The notes under the pieces were generated by a model, which saw nothing but the letters and a program-made list of their open reading frames with translations, did not search any database and had not been told where the DNA came from. This document shows positions 59,753 to 64,000 of a stretch of DNA of 64,000 bases, one piece after another. Within the stretch, counting starts at the first letter, position 1; every line of letters begins with the position of its first letter. The position numbers and the translations under genes were made by a program. This stretch comes from an uncultured delta proteobacterium (lineage in GTDB: Bacteria > Desulfobacterota > Binatia > Binatales > Binataceae), in the NCBI GenBank assembly GCA_963808235.1, contig CAWEEQ010000004.1, positions 1,824,001 to 1,888,000 on the forward strand, given 5' to 3'.

Positions 59753-60469
59753 ATGCGGCAGGTCGACCATCGTGAAGTGCTCGCGATGCGCTCGGCGGGC
59801 GCGCAAATCGTCGACGTGCTCCCGGCGCACGAATACAACCACACGCATATCAAAGACGCGGTTCATATCTCTCTGCCGCGAATTCTCAAAGACGCGCCAA
59901 CTATGCTCGATCCTTCGCGCCGGGTCGTCGTCTATTGCCGCGACTCGCTCTGAGATTTGAGCGCGCGGGCTGCGGCGCAGCTCGAATTCCTTGGGTTTCC
60001 GGACGTGGCGCACTACTTTCGCGGCAAGGTGGATTGGATGGTCCGCGGACTACCGACTGAGCCCGCACCGCCGCTTTCAGAGCGGATGCGCGCGCTTCGG
60101 TACTTCGTCAATAATCTTGCGCCAGGAATCCGTTCGGCGTGGATTCGCGCCTCGAATCGAACCACCGTGCGCGAGGCAATGCGCGACGATATTGCCCGCC
60201 TCCGTCCCGACGACGCTCTTCCGGCCGCGTCTGCGGGCTCGCCAACTCCGCGATCGGTGGTGCTGAATTCTGACGGCGTCCTGCTCGGCGCGATCGATAA
60301 TCCTGATGCCGCGCCGCGCGCGCACGAGTTCATGAACCCTGCGCCGCAGACCATTCGTCCCGATATGACGCCGCGGCTCGCGACAAAGCTGCTCGAATCG
60401 AATCCGTATCTGATTGTGACGACTGAGCACGGAAAATACCTGGGCCGCTACTCGCAGTCGCGCGGCTAG
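59753..60469 (+). CDS. Rhodanese + CBS-domain protein with in-frame UGA (candidate selenoprotein)
   Basis: ORFs 59753..59953 and 59957..60469 are in the same frame; read-through gives VVVYCRDSL-U-DLSARAAAQLEFLGF..V.HY..GK.DW, a complete rhodanese domain. Confidence 0.8.
59966..59984 (+). promoter_or_regulatory. SECIS-like hairpin
   Basis: CGGGCTGC-GGC-GCAGCTCG; G-initiated loop begins 21 nt after the UGA. Confidence 0.55.
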
Positions 60470-60478
60470 CGGTCGCAA

Positions 60479-60970
60479 TTATCTTTCGATCACTCCATCG
60501 CCAGAAATATCCAGGTGAAAACCAGCATCGCGCGCGCATTCCTCGGGATGCGCCCGATAGTGTTCAATCTGCGGCGCGCCGGTCATCGCACTCATTACGG
60601 CTGAAATGTCGACTGACTCGAAGCCGAGGCGCGCAAAGTAATCGTGCGCGTCCCGGGTCAACAGGTACAGATGGCGCGCGCCGCGAGTATGCGCGGCTTT
60701 GCGCGCCGCTGAGACCAGAGCCGCACCGATTCCGCGCCCGCGCATCGACGCCTTCACGTACAGCGAACGTATCAGCGCTGCGTCAAGCTTCGCTTCGATT
60801 CCGACCACTCCAATCGCCTGATCGCCGTCGTACGCGAGAAGGTAGCACGCCGCCGGCCACTCGATTCCATCGGTCATCATTCCCGCTTCCACTATCATGC
60901 CGCGTACCTGCGCCAGATCGCGCGTCTGCTCGATAGTCAGTTCGCCTTGGCGATGCTTCCGGAGAGCCAT
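60479..60970 (-). CDS. GNAT N-acetyltransferase (ArsN2/ArgA-like)
   Basis: ALIRSLYV...RGRGIG, LYLLT..A.DYF.RLGF. Confidence 0.85.
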   Translation of the reverse strand: MALRKHRQGELTIEQTRDLAQVRGMIVEAGMMTDGIEWPAACYLLAYDGDQAIGVVGIEAKLDAALIRSLYVKASMRGRGIGAALVSAARKAAHTRGARHLYLLTRDAHDYFARLGFESVDISAVMSAMTGAPQIEHYRAHPEECARDAGFHLDISGDGVIER

Positions 60971-60993
60971 TGTTTACGGGACGATTTGAATCG

Positions 60994-61224
60994 CTATTTT
61001 TTTGGCGGCGGGAACAGTTGCACACCAGCCTCGTCCACCACTGTGATTGCTTTGACCGGGCACGAACGTGCCGCCGACAAGATCGACGCGTCGGGCGCTC
61101 CGCTGATATCGATGACCTCCGACTTGCCGTCGGCGTCGAGCTGAAAGACGGTTGGCGCGGTTTCCACGCAGTCGCCGCTGCCGATGCATCTCACTTTGTT
61201 TACCGTTACGGAAAGCTTGGCCAT
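60994..61224 (-). CDS. Ferredoxin (3Fe-4S type)
   Basis: CIGSGDC...AP.VF ... CPV.AI. Confidence 0.88.
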   Translation of the reverse strand: MAKLSVTVNKVRCIGSGDCVETAPTVFQLDADGKSEVIDISGAPDASILSAARSCPVKAITVVDEAGVQLFPPPKK

Positions 61225-61333
61225 CGAAACCTCCGGCGCGAAAACGCTTATCGCAGCAACAATAGAATCCGCCACCGACTGGTCGCAAGAGTTGGAATTG
61301 AATCGGCACGCGTCGCGGCTATACTCATCGCCG

Positions 61334-61726
61334 ATGGCTCAAATCGCAGGGACCGGTATCGACGTTATCGAAGTCGATCGAATCGAGCGCGCGCTCACGC
61401 GCCCTTCGACCGGCGAGCGCTTTCGCGCCCGCGTTTTCACCGCCGGCGAGGTCCGCTACTGCGAGTCGCGCGGCCGCCCTCGCTACCAGAGCTATGCCGC
61501 GCGCTTCGCCGCCAAGGAAGCAACCATGAAGGCGCTCGGCACCGGATGGAATCGCAACGTCGGATGGAACGAGATCGAAGTCGTGCGCGAGCGCGGCAAG
61601 GCGCCGACTATCGCACTATCGGGGAAGGCGGCCGCATTCGCGCGCCGAAAGCAGATCACAGGATTTCACCTGAGCATCACGCACACCGCCAAAGAGGCTA
61701 TCGCGCATGTCATCGCGGAGTCGTGA
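61334..61726 (+). CDS. acpS: Holo-ACP synthase
   Basis: GTGIDVIE, ARFAAKEA.MKALGTG, LSITH. Confidence 0.94.
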   Translation: MAQIAGTGIDVIEVDRIERALTRPSTGERFRARVFTAGEVRYCESRGRPRYQSYAARFAAKEATMKALGTGWNRNVGWNEIEVVRERGKAPTIALSGKAAAFARRKQITGFHLSITHTAKEAIAHVIAES

Positions 61727-61735
61727 ACGCGCGCG

Positions 61736-63142
61736 CTACTTGGCGACGTCGGGCTGTTTCGCCATGTAGAGCGGCGCAGGCTTGTTGAGCTGAGTGAAGC
61801 TGAACTCGCTGAGCGCGAACACCGCCTTACTCGCGCTGGAGGCCGCGTAAAACACGTTGCGCGGCCCCGCCGGCTCGCCCGGCAACGGCGCTTCAGTCTG
61901 CGCCACGCTCATCTTGGACGCCTTGATCGTGCCGAGATTCTTGCCGTCCTTTGCGACCAGGGTTATTTCGAGCGAAGGATTGTCGAGTCCGAACGGCTGA
62001 GCGCTAGGCATCGGATCGGCCACGATCGAACTGCCCTTCAGATTGCGCAACTGGCTGAGCAGCCGCTCGACCACCGGGATGTCGCCGTCGGAAGTCTTGC
62101 CCGCAACGATCACGCTCCACTTGCCACTTGCCGCGCGCCGCAGTGTGAACTCGCCATTGCTGTTCTTGATCTTGATGCTGTCCACCGCGGACGGATCGAA
62201 GCTGAAGACTGTGCGATCGCGATAATCGAGCCACGATTTATCAAGCGTGCTCATCACGTATTCCGGCACTGCATAAACGGGCGCGCGCTCGCCGCGGCGC
62301 ACGAAGATTCCGCTCTTGCCCTGCTCGCTCTGCTTGAACCCAAACATCAATGATTGCTGTTCGCCGTTGTCGAGCATCACGGCCGCAGTAAGATGCGGTT
62401 TTTCAAGCCCGTACTGGGTGACGTTGGCGGGCGCGTCCGCGACGAAATCCGAGGCCCTGGCGTTGACCATCGTGCTGAGCGCCTGGCGCACCTGGATATC
62501 ATCGGCTGGATACGCGGCCGGCTTGACCATTTTCCATTTGTCGCCGTCGCGATCGATTTCCACTGTCTGTCCGTTATCGCGGGTCACTATTAATTTCTTA
62601 ACCTGGTCGACTTTGAACGACATCAGGTCGCGCACGCGCATCTCATTGACGGTCTTGTTCATCCCCGACGGAAAAACCGACGAGGTCAGCATCACGGCCG
62701 GGCTGTTGCTCAGCCGCACATAAGCGTTGAAGCCAATCGGCGTCGCCCTGCCGACGTCGATGCTCGGCCAGGTCTTTTTGTCGAAGGTCGCGATCGTGAC
62801 GATGGTTTTCGGATGCTCGAGGTCGAATGCTTTCAGGTCGGCCGGCTTTTCCTCGACGGTTCGCTCGACCTTGCAGTCGGCAATCGCGCCCGCAAGATTG
62901 TTGGCCTCGCTTTGATCGGCATCGGCGCCAATTGGCTTCACGAGCCGCCATGGGCCACCCTTGTCGCGCTCGATTACGATGTCGCGATCGGGATATCGCA
63001 ATTCGATCTTCGCGATATCGTCCTTCTTTACGTCGAGAAGCTTTCGGTTGGTCTCGGTCTCGGAATAATGGCCGACGATAAACGCGTAGCCGCCCACGAT
63101 AGCGAACAGGACGAGCACGATGATGGTGTTGCGAAGACGCAT
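61736..63142 (-). CDS. DUF4340-domain protein
   Basis: N-terminal TM; three repeats with W.L..P...AD and YGL..P; follows the Gldg-like gene. Confidence 0.75.
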   Translation of the reverse strand: MRLRNTIIVLVLFAIVGGYAFIVGHYSETETNRKLLDVKKDDIAKIELRYPDRDIVIERDKGGPWRLVKPIGADADQSEANNLAGAIADCKVERTVEEKPADLKAFDLEHPKTIVTIATFDKKTWPSIDVGRATPIGFNAYVRLSNSPAVMLTSSVFPSGMNKTVNEMRVRDLMSFKVDQVKKLIVTRDNGQTVEIDRDGDKWKMVKPAAYPADDIQVRQALSTMVNARASDFVADAPANVTQYGLEKPHLTAAVMLDNGEQQSLMFGFKQSEQGKSGIFVRRGERAPVYAVPEYVMSTLDKSWLDYRDRTVFSFDPSAVDSIKIKNSNGEFTLRRAASGKWSVIVAGKTSDGDIPVVERLLSQLRNLKGSSIVADPMPSAQPFGLDNPSLEITLVAKDGKNLGTIKASKMSVAQTEAPLPGEPAGPRNVFYAASSASKAVFALSEFSFTQLNKPAPLYMAKQPDVAK

Positions 63143-63157
63143 CGGAATCGCGCGCCG

Positions 63158-64000
63158 TCAGTTGCGCCGTTCGTACCAGACGACGATTCCGGCGATCAGC
63201 AGCAGCTCCGGCAGCAGCAGCACGGCAAAAGCGAACACGATTGAGAACTGATCGGTGGTCAGGCGGAAGCGCGACGCGCGAATCGAACGAGGCCGAATCG
63301 AGATCGAGTTTTCCTCGCCGGTGAGCCAGTCAGCGCTGTTGATAAAAAAATCGCGGTTGAAGAGCGTGCCCGAGTACTGATTGTCCGCAAATTCCGTGCT
63401 GCCATATGCGACCATTCGCGCATCGCCCTTGCCAAACCCAAGCTTCGCGAGATCGCCGTCCACCGCCATCACCACCGTGATTGGGCCGCGGGTGTCCTTG
63501 TCCGTGAGTTGCGCCTTCTGCTCCTTGTAGAGCAGGTCGAGATTGACTTCCGCCCAGGAGGTATCGCTGGTCTTCGCAACCGGCGTCACCGTCAAGCCCG
63601 CCTTCAGGTTGGGTTCGGCGGTGAGCGATCGCGACATCGGAAACACGGTGCGCTGTTTGAAGTCCTTGGTGATCGGATGGTCCTCGTAAGTCTGTACCAG
63701 CGGATTCAGCCCCAGCGCTGGACCCTCGAACAGCCGCACCACCTGGTCCACGACGATATCGTTGCCGACCTTGACGCCCCAGTCGCCGGCCAGTTTTATC
63801 AGCGCCGTTTCGTCGATCGAATTGTCCGGCGTCTGCGGACGGAACATCGCGATCACCCGCCCACCGCGTTTCAGATACGCGTTGAGCTGATCGATCTCAT
63901 GCCCGTCGAGCGCCTTGATCGGTCCCGCGATCACCACCAGGTTCACGTCGTCGGGGACCTTCGGCACCTGAGCGAGCAGCAGCTTGTGGATTTCGTAGCC
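63158..64000 (-). CDS. GldG-like ABC-associated uncharacterised transport protein, 5' truncated by window
   Basis: LVVIAGP, YL.RGG, N.DFF.N..DWL, C-terminal TM + WYERR. Confidence 0.8.
   Translation of the reverse strand, partial: GYEIHKLLLAQVPKVPDDVNLVVIAGPIKALDGHEIDQLNAYLKRGGRVIAMFRPQTPDNSIDETALIKLAGDWGVKVGNDIVVDQVVRLFEGPALGLNPLVQTYEDHPITKDFKQRTVFPMSRSLTAEPNLKAGLTVTPVAKTSDTSWAEVNLDLLYKEQKAQLTDKDTRGPITVVMAVDGDLAKLGFGKGDARMVAYGSTEFADNQYSGTLFNRDFFINSADWLTGEENSISIRPRSIRASRFRLTTDQFSIVFAFAVLLLPELLLIAGIVVWYERRN

Overview
High-GC bacterial chromosomal window, densely coding, with about 65 genes and one tRNA-Gly(CCC). Gene content (DUF6178, paired family III CoA-transferases, MaoC/hot-dog enzymes, TIGR03960-like radical SAM, ntrBC) suggests a Deltaproteobacteria-related lineage such as Ca. 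Binatia, but this is inference only. Most genes are housekeeping or metabolic: mpg, pepP, an ECF transporter, ispF, moeA, ntrB/ntrC, thiE, thiD, an NAD-linked formate dehydrogenase operon (fdsGBA-fdsD-fdhD), rlmE, pcrA/uvrD, acpS and cell-surface glycosylation genes. Two VapBC-type toxin-antitoxin modules are also present. Several genes carry single-base frameshifts, most likely long-read indel errors. I found no CRISPR array, integrase or transposase. The strongest finding is an in-frame UGA in the active-site loop of a rhodanese-CBS protein (59753-60469), followed by a SECIS-like hairpin, making it a candidate selenoprotein. Other notable points: a 1.4-kb strand-skewed, structured non-coding spacer splitting ntrB from ntrC; a lipoprotein-anchored DUF151 nuclease-PDZ fusion; a NarM-like gene beside formate dehydrogenase; a possible FdsA-FdsD fusion; and a small lipoprotein with mirror-symmetric cysteine spacing.
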